Shown here piece by piece: positions 27,843-37,350 of a stretch of 64,000 nt of DNA (its first letter is position 1; every line of letters starts with the position of its first letter). Both the position numbers and the translations under genes were made by a program. This DNA is from Chitinophagales bacterium (lineage in GTDB: Bacteria > Bacteroidota > Bacteroidia > Chitinophagales > CAIODY01), in assembly GCA_947452995.1 (NCBI GenBank), contig CANGEV010000012.1:4848-68847 (forward strand). Direction: 5' to 3'. A model generated the notes under the pieces. The model was not told the origin of the DNA. It ran no database searches and saw only the letters and a list, made by a program, of their open reading frames with translations.

Positions 27843-29195
27843 TTATTCAGCGCTTAATAAATCGCGAATAATAGATTGTACTTCTGGCGTATTCCATTTA
27901 TCCATTACCTGCTCAATGCTAGCCAATTCATTCAAGTAATGATCATGACGTTGACCAGCTTGATAGGCTTGCGCATAAGAGATATGCGGAGAGAAAGTTA
28001 CCTGTGCATACAAACTTAAGAAGCTTGGATTCTCTTTGCTGATGCGCGACTCGATTTGCTTGCGTAACAAGAATTTAGGATCCCCTGTTTTATCACGCAT
28101 TTCGATGAAGTTGTCTAGGGCAAGTTGCGCCACCGCATCTCCATTTGGTTTACGTAAGCGACTGAAGTTATTGAATACTTCGGTCCAGTTATCGTCTCCC
28201 AAAGATTCCATTAACTCATCGAGCACTACACAATCTTCGAAGCCGCAGTTCATCCCTTGTCCGTAGAAAGGAACAATCGCATGTGCCGCATCTCCGATCA
28301 AACACACTTTGTCTTTATAGTTCCAAGGATTGCAACGCACGATAGACAAAGATGAAGTAGGATTAGCATGCCAATCTTCTAAATAGCCTGGCATCATAGG
28401 TAAAGCATCCGCAAAATATTCCTGCATGAAAGCAGTGATCTCTTGATCCGTATTCAATTTAGAGAAAGATACTTCGCCTTCGAAAGGTAAAAATAAAGTA
28501 CAGGTAAAGCTACCATCCAAGTTAGGCAAAGCAATTAGCATAAAGCTTTTGCGCGGCCAGATATGTAAGGCGGTCTTCTCCATTTGAAACCCACCATTAG
28601 CATCTGGCGGAATCACTAATTCTTTATATCCACTTTCGATATAGGTTTGCGAATAATCGAAGCGGTCTGTTTTTGTTTGAAGAGAATGGCGGACAGGACT
28701 AAAAGCACCATCTGCTCCAATCACGATATCCGGTGTACGTTCTACCACTTCCCCACTTGCTTCGTTCAACACTTTTGCCTTCGCACTTTTAGGATCTACT
28801 TCTACACAACGGTGTTCAAAATGAATTTTGATATTTGGATATTGATCAGCCAATTCCATTAAGCGCATATTGATACCACCACGGCTCACGCTATAAATGG
28901 CTTGCCCTTCTTTTCCATAAGGTTGGAACGACTGTGAGCCATCCATATGGTGTATTTGACGACCATACATTGGAATTGCTATTTCGCGAATAGCATCTTG
29001 CAATCCCGCACCAGCGAGGCCTCTGAAGCCGCGGTCGCTCAGTGCCAAATTGATACTTCTTCCAGCAGAGATTCTGTTCTTACGCATGTCTACACGACGT
29101 TCGAACAAATTCACTTCATGTCCACGTTTTGCTAAGTAAATAGAGACAAGACTGCCAATCAGTCCACTTCCCATTACATCAATTTGTTTCTTCAT
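27843..29195 (-). CDS. kmo: kynurenine 3-monooxygenase (FAD-dependent)
   Basis: 450 aa. It has the FAD fold GSGLIGS...LFERR, the motif SINLALSDRG, and GDAAH..PFYGQGMN. The overall pattern matches bacterial KMO. Confidence 0.75.
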   Translation of the reverse strand: MKKQIDVMGSGLIGSLVSIYLAKRGHEVNLFERRVDMRKNRISAGRSINLALSDRGFRGLAGAGLQDAIREIAIPMYGRQIHHMDGSQSFQPYGKEGQAIYSVSRGGINMRLMELADQYPNIKIHFEHRCVEVDPKSAKAKVLNEASGEVVERTPDIVIGADGAFSPVRHSLQTKTDRFDYSQTYIESGYKELVIPPDANGGFQMEKTALHIWPRKSFMLIALPNLDGSFTCTLFLPFEGEVSFSKLNTDQEITAFMQEYFADALPMMPGYLEDWHANPTSSLSIVRCNPWNYKDKVCLIGDAAHAIVPFYGQGMNCGFEDCVVLDELMESLGDDNWTEVFNNFSRLRKPNGDAVAQLALDNFIEMRDKTGDPKFLLRKQIESRISKENPSFLSLYAQVTFSPHISYAQAYQAGQRHDHYLNELASIEQVMDKWNTPEVQSIIRDLLSAE

Positions 29196-29236
29196 AACAG
29201 CGAGGTTCTTTGTTTACAGGGGAAACAAATATAAAT

Positions 29237-30190
29237 TTAGATATTTAGCAATTGAATGATTCTTGTCAGGTCGTCGTCACTAGCAAAAGGAATGCTAATT
29301 TCTCCTTTTCCATTTGGTTGACGAGTCATTTTGATACGTGTACCTAACTTAGTGGTCATTTGCGCTTGAATCTTCAAATGCCCAGGTGTTAGGCCATTTG
29401 CATCTGCACCACTCGGTGTTTTGAGTGCTTTCGCAGCACCACCGCGTACAGCTTTAATAGATTGCACGTACATCTCCATCTGACGAACGGAGAATTTATT
29501 TTCAATCAATTTTTTATACGCCAATAATTGTTGATCGACGTGTTCCAAACCATTGATAGCACGCGCATGTCCCATAGAGATCTTACGTTCTTTCAACGCG
29601 ATTTGAATTACTTCCGGTAACTTCAACAAATTCAAGAAATGCGTTACAGTACTACGATTCTTGCCTACACGCGCCGCCACTTGTTCATCCGTCAACGCAC
29701 ATTCTTTCTTCAAACGTTGGTAGGTAATCGCAACTTCTATATCATTTAAATCCTCACGTTGAATATTCTCTACCAAGGCCATTTCGACCATTTCTTGATC
29801 GTTGGCTGTACGAATATAGGCAGGGACTTCCGTCAAGCCGGCAAGCTTACTTGCGCGCAAACGACGTTCACCTGAAATCAATTGGTATTTATATTCTTGG
29901 CCGGTGATACGACGGAGCGTAATAGGCTGAATAAGACCATGTGTTTTGATAGATTCAGAAAGGTCGTTCAAGGCCTGTTCATCAAAATCAACACGAGGCT
30001 GAAAAGGATTTACTTCTATTTCAGTAAGCTTTACGAGATCGATAGCTACAGCGTTGTTAGCAGGTTCGCCAGCAAAGGCAGCAGCAGCACTATTCTCGGC
30101 ATTACGCCCTTTAGGTGCAACTACATCTTCATCGATACCTTGTAACAAGGCACGTATTCCTTTTCCTAAACCATCTTTTTGCTTGGACAT
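29237..30190 (-). CDS. parB: ParB/Spo0J chromosome partitioning protein
   Basis: ParB box motifs GLIQPITLRR and ISGERRLRAS, plus an HTH region. It lies directly downstream of parA. Confidence 0.9.
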   Translation of the reverse strand: MSKQKDGLGKGIRALLQGIDEDVVAPKGRNAENSAAAAFAGEPANNAVAIDLVKLTEIEVNPFQPRVDFDEQALNDLSESIKTHGLIQPITLRRITGQEYKYQLISGERRLRASKLAGLTEVPAYIRTANDQEMVEMALVENIQREDLNDIEVAITYQRLKKECALTDEQVAARVGKNRSTVTHFLNLLKLPEVIQIALKERKISMGHARAINGLEHVDQQLLAYKKLIENKFSVRQMEMYVQSIKAVRGGAAKALKTPSGADANGLTPGHLKIQAQMTTKLGTRIKMTRQPNGKGEISIPFASDDDLTRIIQLLNI

Positions 30191-30204
30191 ATTATCGGGA
30201 TAAA

Positions 30205-31038
30205 TTATTCTTCAGTTGAGATATTTTCTTCGGTGGTTCCGCTTGCGTCAGCAGATTCGTCAGCGCCTTCAACCTTTTGATTACGCTTCAAAATTTCACG
30301 CGCCAAGTTGAGGTAATTCAAAGCACCGGTACAGTCAGCATCGTAAGCGATGGCAGGCTTTCCAATGGTTGGCGCTTCTGCGAGTGAAACGTTACGATGT
30401 ATGATGGTATTGAATACTAAATCTTCAAAGTGAGGTTTGATCTCATTCACCATTTGATGGCTAAGACGAAGACGTTGATTGAACATTGTCAACAAGATTC
30501 CTTCGATGCTTAAATCAACATTGATACGAGTACGAACGATTTTGATGGTATTCAACAATTTGCCCAAACCTTCTAAAGCGAAGAATTCACATTGAACAGG
30601 GATCAATACAGAATCAGCAGCGGTGAGCGCATTAACGGTTATCAAACCGAGTGATGGAGAGCAGTCGATGATGATATAATCGAATTGGTCTTTTACAGAA
30701 TCGAGTACCGCTTTCATGATACGTTCACGATTCGGATGATTTACGAATTCGATTTCCGCACCTACTAAATCCATACTTGCAGGTAAGAGATATAAGTTAG
30801 GTGTTTCCGTTTCGATCATCGCTTTATCGATCGTTACTTCGTTGATCATACACTCATAAAGGCCAGAGGTAATCTGCTTCGGGTTGAAGCCAATTCCAGA
30901 GGTGGCATTTGCTTGCGGATCTGCGTCGACCAACAAGACTTTATATTCTAAAACGGCGAAGCTAGCAGCCAAGTTAATTGCTGAGGTAGTTTTACCTACT
31001 CCACCCTTTTGATTCGCTATTGCAATAATTTTTCCCAT
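30205..31038 (-). CDS. parA: ParA/Soj partitioning ATPase
   Basis: Deviant Walker A in MGKIIAIANQKGGVGKTT. I prefer the start at 31038; the ORF-track start at 31095 adds 19 atypical residues. Confidence 0.9.
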   Translation of the reverse strand: MGKIIAIANQKGGVGKTTSAINLAASFAVLEYKVLLVDADPQANATSGIGFNPKQITSGLYECMINEVTIDKAMIETETPNLYLLPASMDLVGAEIEFVNHPNRERIMKAVLDSVKDQFDYIIIDCSPSLGLITVNALTAADSVLIPVQCEFFALEGLGKLLNTIKIVRTRINVDLSIEGILLTMFNQRLRLSHQMVNEIKPHFEDLVFNTIIHRNVSLAEAPTIGKPAIAYDADCTGALNYLNLAREILKRNQKVEGADESADASGTTEENISTEE

Positions 31039-31250
31039 AGATATAATTCGAGATTCAAAAATAAGCCTAAAATCAGGTCTAGGAACTACCTCCATTCAAA
31101 TAAGTTACGCACAGTTCCTAATAATCGTGGATAGCGTGGGGATAACTATCTAATTGCACTAAATTTTAGGCAATTTTTAGGTTTTAGACAAAAAATGCTG
31201 GAGAGAGCTTCCACATAGCTCCTACATCGGGTTAGTCGCCTTGGTGCGTA

Positions 31251-31352
31251 TTAATCTAAAAACAAATTGAAGCTAATATAGGCGAGGGCAAGAAGCACCA
31301 CCACTCCAACGCGTAAGAACCATTCAATTGCAACGTAAGCGTCTATTTTCAT
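31251..31352 (-). CDS. possible 33-aa hydrophobic small protein (unvalidated)
   Basis: Hand translation of the minus strand gives MKIDAYVAIEWFLRVGVVVLLALAYISFNLFLD*, which has one predicted TM helix. It is divergent from the oxyR-like gene and falls below the ORF-track length cutoff. Confidence 0.3.
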   Translation of the reverse strand: MKIDAYVAIEWFLRVGVVVLLALAYISFNLFLD

Positions 31353-31393
31353 CGTGATTAATTTAGCAATTCAAAGATGGAAGAATTTTAGAT

Positions 31394-31438
31394 ATAGAAC
31401 AAACTGATATTTTCTATCTTAGTATAGACAATATCTAT
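31394..31438. promoter_or_regulatory. cluster of ATAGA/TCTAT half-sites (candidate OxyR/LysR autoregulatory site)
   Basis: ATAGA at 31394 and 31424, TCTAT at 31413 and 31434. ATAG-N7-CTAT at 31424-31438 fits the LysR T-N11-A pattern. It lies immediately upstream of the oxyR-like ATG (31442). Confidence 0.35.
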
Positions 31439-31441
31439 AGC

Positions 31442-32374
31442 ATGAACTTACAACAATTAGAATATATCGTAGCAGTAGATCGTTACCGTCATTTTGTGAC
31501 GGCAGCGGAGAAATCTTATATCACGCAAGCGACCCTGAGCATGATGATTAAGAAATTAGAGGAAGAGCTCGCGATACAAATTTTCGATCGCCGAAAACAG
31601 CCTGTAGAACCAACTCCGGCAGGAACGGAAATCATAGAAAGAGCGCATCGCATCTTATTTGAGGTGCGTAGTATGGAAGATTATGCGCGTGAAATCAACC
31701 ACGGCATGACAGGCACTTTAAGCATTGGTATTATTCCAACACTTGCACCCTATCTCCTTCCAAAATTAATCCCTCCATTCTTAAAAGAACTACCCGATGT
31801 TCAGTTGCAAATCCATGAACTTCGTACGGCAGACATGATTCAGCAACTCGCCAAGGGAGAACTAGATCTAGGAATCGCAGCTACACCATTGGCACAAGAG
31901 GCGCTCGTAGAATATCCACTCTTTTATGAGCCCTTCTATGCTTACTTGGGAAAGAATGCCAAATCAGATCCGAAAAAATATTTCGACCAGAAGTTATTAC
32001 TCGACAAACAGCTCTGGTTGTTGGAAGATGGACATTGTATGCGAACACAAGTATTAGATATCTGTTCGCGCAGAAACAAACGAAGTCATATCCCGATGAT
32101 ACAATACGAATCAGGAAGTATCGAAACCTTGATTCAGCTAGTTGATGAACAAGGCGGATTGACCATTGTGCCTGCCCTTGCGGTAGAACGCTTAAGCAAA
32201 ACACAGAAAACACATCTTCGTGAATTTGCACCCCCTACCCCTGTTCGGGAAGTGAGTTTGGTTAGCAATAAACACTTCGCTCGTAAAGGCTTACTGAAGG
32301 CTGTTCAGCAAATCATTCAGAGGAAAATTGAGTTACCTCAAGAAAAACGACAACAGGTTTTACCGATAGTTTAA
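31442..32374 (+). CDS. oxyR: LysR-family transcriptional regulator, OxyR-like (peroxide sensor)
   Basis: N-terminal LysR HTH (LQQLEYIVAVDRYRHFVTAAEKSYITQATLS). The redox-cysteine context LLEDGHCMRTQVLDIC has two Cys 9 residues apart, as in OxyR C199/C208. Confidence 0.75.
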   Translation: MNLQQLEYIVAVDRYRHFVTAAEKSYITQATLSMMIKKLEEELAIQIFDRRKQPVEPTPAGTEIIERAHRILFEVRSMEDYAREINHGMTGTLSIGIIPTLAPYLLPKLIPPFLKELPDVQLQIHELRTADMIQQLAKGELDLGIAATPLAQEALVEYPLFYEPFYAYLGKNAKSDPKKYFDQKLLLDKQLWLLEDGHCMRTQVLDICSRRNKRSHIPMIQYESGSIETLIQLVDEQGGLTIVPALAVERLSKTQKTHLREFAPPTPVREVSLVSNKHFARKGLLKAVQQIIQRKIELPQEKRQQVLPIV

Positions 32375-32406
32375 TGGGATAAACTACCTTTGTACAAACA
32401 ATAATT

Positions 32407-32931
32407 ATGAAAGATAATTACCTAGTAGTGGCTGGCACCATGCGTCAGCATTCCAATACGGAGAAAGTAGCGAGATGGTATGTAGAACAATTAGAACAAG
32501 CAGGTAAGAGAGTTCGTTATATCAATCTAAATGAACTACCTATAGCACAATTCGATTTGAATCACAAAACAGAGCAGCAAGAGGCGATGGAAAATACCAT
32601 GGTACAACCTGCTACGAAGTTTATTTTTGTGGTTCCTGAATATAATGGCTCCTTTCCAGGCTCTTTAAAAGCATGGATTGATTGTTGCGATGTCAAGACA
32701 GCCTTCTGGGGCAAGAAAGCAGCAATTACAGGCTTGTCTAGCGGTCGTAATGGCAATTTACGTGGGATGGATCATCTAACTGGTGTATTGAATTATATGA
32801 AGATAAATGTGATGCACTATAAGGTTAGCTTACCAACGATTCCACAAATTTTGAACGCGGATGGTCAGATTGAAGATGCGATGCATCTTGATATGATGAA
32901 ACGCCAGTTAAGTGATTTCATCGAATTCTAA
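32407..32931 (+). CDS. NAD(P)H-dependent FMN reductase-family oxidoreductase
   Basis: 174 aa with a flavodoxin-like fold and the motif VVPEYNGSFPGSLKAWID typical of the NADPH-dependent FMN reductase family. Confidence 0.7.
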   Translation: MKDNYLVVAGTMRQHSNTEKVARWYVEQLEQAGKRVRYINLNELPIAQFDLNHKTEQQEAMENTMVQPATKFIFVVPEYNGSFPGSLKAWIDCCDVKTAFWGKKAAITGLSSGRNGNLRGMDHLTGVLNYMKINVMHYKVSLPTIPQILNADGQIEDAMHLDMMKRQLSDFIEF

Positions 32932-33563
32932 TGTTTTCCTTCTTAGTATATCGCCAGAAAAATTTGCAGAGCTATTGGATAGCTTATTGGATTCTTTTGG
33001 CGATTTTAGTTGTAACACAGTGTTTACTCACGCAAGACGAATTATTTTTATTCGTCAATCGTCATACAACTAGTTATTTAGATCTACCGATGAATGGTAT
33101 CACCTTCATTGGCTCAGGATGGGTATTTGGGACGGTTATTGGTATTTCATTTTTTCTAAAAAAGAAAAGAGAAGCTTTTTTATTGTTGACAGTTTATGTA
33201 TTGAGTACGCTGATTGCACAAGGTATTAAACATTACTTTCCAACGATTCCTCGACCCCAATTGCATTTCGAAGCAATACATCAGGTTATACGCATACCCA
33301 AAGGAGCGGAGATATTAAAACTTGCTAGCTTTCCTAGTGGCCACAGCACTTCCATTTTCGCTTTGTGTACCATTCTTGCCTATTTTTTAAAAACAAAAAA
33401 GATCGCGCAATTATTATTGAGTATAGCCTTACTAGTAGCGCTTTCAAGGGTATATGTCGCGGCCCACTTTTTCAAAGACATTACTGCGGGGATGTTCATA
33501 GGCGTTGAAACAGCAGCCTTATGTCTTTTAATTTTCAAGCGTAAACTAGAAGAGCAATCCTAG
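32931..33563 (+). CDS. PAP2-family phosphatase (membrane)
   Basis: It has the three PAP2 motifs: KHYFPTIPRP, PSGHS and SRVYVAAHFFKD. The start overlaps the upstream stop (TAATG). Confidence 0.8.
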   Translation: MFSFLVYRQKNLQSYWIAYWILLAILVVTQCLLTQDELFLFVNRHTTSYLDLPMNGITFIGSGWVFGTVIGISFFLKKKREAFLLLTVYVLSTLIAQGIKHYFPTIPRPQLHFEAIHQVIRIPKGAEILKLASFPSGHSTSIFALCTILAYFLKTKKIAQLLLSIALLVALSRVYVAAHFFKDITAGMFIGVETAALCLLIFKRKLEEQS

Positions 33564-34373
33564 TGTTGCAATCATTTCATAGGTTGCAAATGCTTCGCGC
33601 GCAGTACCGCCATAAACATTTAAATTATAATAGCGAGCGTAATCCGCTTTATTAGTAAACTCCAAATAAAGCTTGTGATAGAAGCTTGCGCGAATACCGA
33701 ACTCCGCACCAGTATTCCATCCACCAAATTGAAATTGAGTTTTGTTATGTCGACCGAATAATTCGTTTTCTACATGCGGCACCAAAGGGCCAAACCCTAA
33801 TCTTGCAATGGCGTCAATACGTATCGGTGCGGTTGGACACGTATACCAATTCCAACGTTTCACCACATTGAACAGGAAGAAGTTTGCCCCGTTATTCAAA
33901 AAATAATAATTCCCCGTTTTACGTTGCCAAAGCACGAGAGAGTCGGTATATCGACCATTTAAAGTACCTTGAACGCGCACCATTTGACTATCAGCGATGA
34001 CATGTTTGGTATGATCGAAATTAAGTTCGACGCCCCACCCTTTCTTTTCATTAATCCAATAGCCTACTCGATAATTATATTGTGGAATGGTCAAGGCCAT
34101 TTTAAAAATAGACTTCTCATTCCATCCTGGATGATCATGCGCTTGAACAGCTAAATATGTATAATCGTTGTTAAGATCAGGCTGCACGACATGTATATCG
34201 GGACGAGTATACCATTCTTTGTTATATCCCCAAGCAAACCACACTTTATCATGGGTTAACCATTTAGGGTTATTTGTTTCTTTGGTTGTTTCTGAAGTAC
34301 TATAACTTGCTTTTGCAGCAACAGCAATTGAAATATTAAGAATAATAAACAAGAAAAGTATTCCTTTTTTCAT
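33546..34373 (-). CDS. putative outer-membrane beta-barrel protein, function unknown
   Basis: Signal peptide (ISIAVAAKA), alternating aromatic-rich strands, and a C-terminal ...TLGLLF. It overlaps the PAP2 gene's 3' end by 18 nt (convergent). Confidence 0.55.
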   Translation of the reverse strand: MKKGILFLFIILNISIAVAAKASYSTSETTKETNNPKWLTHDKVWFAWGYNKEWYTRPDIHVVQPDLNNDYTYLAVQAHDHPGWNEKSIFKMALTIPQYNYRVGYWINEKKGWGVELNFDHTKHVIADSQMVRVQGTLNGRYTDSLVLWQRKTGNYYFLNNGANFFLFNVVKRWNWYTCPTAPIRIDAIARLGFGPLVPHVENELFGRHNKTQFQFGGWNTGAEFGIRASFYHKLYLEFTNKADYARYYNLNVYGGTAREAFATYEMIATLGLLF

Positions 34374-34450
34374 GACATAAAATTGAGTTACGAAGAAAAG
34401 AAAAAAAATGGATACGCCGTGTGATTAAAGTCAGTATTATTGAAACTAAC

Positions 34451-35677
34451 TTATCGGATGCGGTTAATAAAATCGCGCATCAATTTATTATTAATTATAT
34501 GCGTTATTTCTAATGCTTCCTGTACTAATTTATCATTGAATGCCTTGTCATTAATATTACTTTGAGCAGCAGCCAACAAATCCCAAGCAGAAGAAGTCAG
34601 TATTGCGCTATACCAACCGCCTTTGAAACTTTTCATATCCTTAGCGTCTATGATACCTAATCGCAAACCTTCGAATTGAAGTATTGACTGAAACTCATAA
34701 TCTACAAAACTGGTAGTCATAGACCATATTATTTCACTTTTAATTGCTTCATTTTTTATCAATATATGTTCAGCGTTAATAAACAAGAAAGCGCGTACCA
34801 AACGGCCTATCCATGCAATACGGAATGGCGCATAATTAGTGTCTATGCCAAGTTGAATACCTTGATTCAGTAAGGATTCAAGCTGCTTATCATTTAAATC
34901 ACCATTCAACGCCTTAGGATATAAAAAATTCACAAACATTCTTGAATAGAGGTGTGGGAATTCAATATGCTCTTGCGCTAATTTACGTTTGTAGGATGAT
35001 TTAAAATCACTTGATGGAATTGAACCTGACTGCCCTCTTTCAAAGTACTTGTTATTGGCATATTCCTGATAAAACACTTTTTCATGACTGGATACCGCCT
35101 GTCCTTTATATATGCGCTCTACTGAATTCAAAAAGTAGGCCCCTTGATTATCCTCATCCACAAAATGATGAAAATAGGATAAGCGAGCTTTCTCATTTTT
35201 TTCAATTGCGCGAAGAATCGGCATTGCGCGAAAAGAATTAGAACGAAATTCATTCGCCATCAAATGGTTTAACCGAATATGTGCAGGACTGAGCGGTGTA
35301 ATATCACTATAATATTCTGCAAATTCTTCCGCACGATTCAACTCAAGTGCAAGTAATGCTCTAGACTCTGATATTCCATGTAAATTATTATCAGGAACTA
35401 CACCTAAACGCGTTACTTCAAAATCAAATACATCTCGGTAGTTTAAAAACTGTGCTATTGCGTTTATATTGTATAAATACGGCTTCGTTGAGGATCCAAA
35501 AAATCCAGCTAAGCGAGAAATGGTATGTGGAGAAATTTGATAATTTGCCGCATTTAAAACCTCTGCAATTTTTAAAGAATCGTTATGAGATTGCAGCCTA
35601 CAATTGGTGACACGTTGCAATTCCTCCAATAGTGAAGTAATTGTTTCACTTTTTAATTGATATTGCGGCTTAGGCAT
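34451..35677 (-). CDS. hypothetical protein with degenerate N-terminal HTH, otherwise unassignable
   Basis: 408 aa with no signal peptide. The segment KIAEVLNAANYQISPHTISRLAGFFG...INAIAQFLNY resembles an XRE-type HTH. The rest is helical with no motif I recognise. The DNA is low in GC. Confidence 0.5.
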   Translation of the reverse strand: MPKPQYQLKSETITSLLEELQRVTNCRLQSHNDSLKIAEVLNAANYQISPHTISRLAGFFGSSTKPYLYNINAIAQFLNYRDVFDFEVTRLGVVPDNNLHGISESRALLALELNRAEEFAEYYSDITPLSPAHIRLNHLMANEFRSNSFRAMPILRAIEKNEKARLSYFHHFVDEDNQGAYFLNSVERIYKGQAVSSHEKVFYQEYANNKYFERGQSGSIPSSDFKSSYKRKLAQEHIEFPHLYSRMFVNFLYPKALNGDLNDKQLESLLNQGIQLGIDTNYAPFRIAWIGRLVRAFLFINAEHILIKNEAIKSEIIWSMTTSFVDYEFQSILQFEGLRLGIIDAKDMKSFKGGWYSAILTSSAWDLLAAAQSNINDKAFNDKLVQEALEITHIINNKLMRDFINRIR

Positions 35678-35742
35678 TTATGGTGTACTGATTAATAATC
35701 AGAAAGTTAGAAAAAAATGTACAAAGATAAAAGCTCAAAATA

Positions 35743-36351
35743 TCATTTGCGCAAAACAGCTCTAAGTACCTGCCCCACCCCGTTATGATAAAGTCCTTCA
35801 CTTAGCTCTATTTCCACTACTTCCAAATAAATAAACTCAAAACCTTTACACCAATTCAATAGCTCCTCCTTGCTATACAACATGGCCTCCTCCTTTGGGC
35901 CTCCTATACGTGGATTCTTCAAATTATAAGCTAAATGCCCCTTAGCAAAAGCTTCTAAAATTATTATTCCTCCAGTTTTTAAAAGCGGTAACATAGTCTT
36001 GAACATTGGCTCTTTTAATGCAGCAGGAAAATGACTATAGCTAAATGCAATCACATCAAATTGACCTTCATGATATGGCAAGTACATTCCATCATTCACA
36101 TAATAATCGATCGTAACACCGCATTCGTTTGCCAACTGAATAGCCTTTCTCCTACCCTCCGTACTTATGTCAAAAGCAAAAACATCCCATCCTAAACCGG
36201 CTGCAAAAACAGCATTTCGTCCCTCTCCTTCGGCAGGAAAGAGAATTTTTCCAGGCTCTAATTTCAATAATTCCTGTTTAATAAATGCATTAGGTTCTTT
36301 GCCATATGCAAACCCTTCTTGCGCATAGCGTTCATCCCACATATTTTTCAT
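35743..36351 (-). CDS. class I SAM-dependent methyltransferase (small-molecule type)
   Basis: 202 aa with motif I (LFPAEGEGRNAVFAA) followed by an acidic loop (VFAFDIS). Confidence 0.75.
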   Translation of the reverse strand: MKNMWDERYAQEGFAYGKEPNAFIKQELLKLEPGKILFPAEGEGRNAVFAAGLGWDVFAFDISTEGRRKAIQLANECGVTIDYYVNDGMYLPYHEGQFDVIAFSYSHFPAALKEPMFKTMLPLLKTGGIIILEAFAKGHLAYNLKNPRIGGPKEEAMLYSKEELLNWCKGFEFIYLEVVEIELSEGLYHNGVGQVLRAVLRK

Positions 36352-36411
36352 TTCAACTAATTTTTCTTAAAGATAAATGGTATATCACAAATCAACAGTG
36401 ACCTTTGTTAC

Positions 36412-36439
36412 AAAAAAAAAGCCCCTTCAGTGAAGGGGC
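36412..36439 (-). terminator. rho-independent terminator downstream of tRNA-Ala
   Basis: The minus strand reads GCCCCTT-cactg-AAGGGGC followed by T9. It lies 6 nt after the tRNA 3' end. Confidence 0.8.
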
Positions 36440-36444
36440 TTTAC

Positions 36445-36519
<75 letters not shown>

Positions 36520-36569
36520 ATGTACGACTCATTAAAAGTACGTATTTACTATTCAATTTCATAAACGAC

Positions 36570-37298
36570 TTAAGCATTCTTCATAAAATAGGCATCCATT
36601 TGAAGAAAACTGCCATCCTTTAAATTTTGAGAAACATTTTCAACACCTGCCAAATGAAAATCGTGCTTTTTCATAAAACTATACAAATCATCAAACAACC
36701 ACTGCCCTTTATAAAGTTCTACAAAACTAGTTTCAATAAAAACAACCTTAACTTTAGATAGTGTCTGCTCAGCCCCTTTCAGTACCAAGGCTTCTGCACC
36801 TTGAACATCCAATTTTAATAAAATATTTCCTTCCAATCCCAGAGAATCAAATACAGCATCCAGGGTATCTGCCTTGACTTTTATCGCTGTATTTTTAGCC
36901 GTATGTGGATATGCTTCAGCGTGCGTCTTAGACATAGTAAGTATTGAACTACTTCCACTATTAGAGCTTTCATTGAATTCAAGCTCACCACTTTTATCGC
37001 TTAAAACGAAATTATAGGCTTTGTGGTTTAGATCATTTTTAAAGCGTTCCGTAAGTTTATGATAAGACTTTGGTAATGGTTCAAAACTTGCAATTTTTGC
37101 AGCTGGATAAATCTTACGCGCCTTGGAAGAATAGCCTCCTGTACTTGCACCGATATCAATAATCGAAGCTATATCCAATTTTTGCAACCAAATACTATTC
37201 ACCTTTGAAAGTCGCTCCTCATATTGATCGCGATCCTTAATCACTAAGCCAAAACGATTTAAAATCTTATTAGCAAGTTTAACGATACCTAAACCCAT
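36570..37298 (-). CDS. FkbM-family methyltransferase
   Basis: 242 aa with the SAM motif IIDIGASTGGYS and family-typical architecture. Confidence 0.7.
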   Translation of the reverse strand: MGLGIVKLANKILNRFGLVIKDRDQYEERLSKVNSIWLQKLDIASIIDIGASTGGYSSKARKIYPAAKIASFEPLPKSYHKLTERFKNDLNHKAYNFVLSDKSGELEFNESSNSGSSSILTMSKTHAEAYPHTAKNTAIKVKADTLDAVFDSLGLEGNILLKLDVQGAEALVLKGAEQTLSKVKVVFIETSFVELYKGQWLFDDLYSFMKKHDFHLAGVENVSQNLKDGSFLQMDAYFMKNA

Positions 37299-37350
37299 GT
37301 GTTTGTATTTAGCTTAAAATTACAAAATATTAATCGAGTAAAAAATTTAA

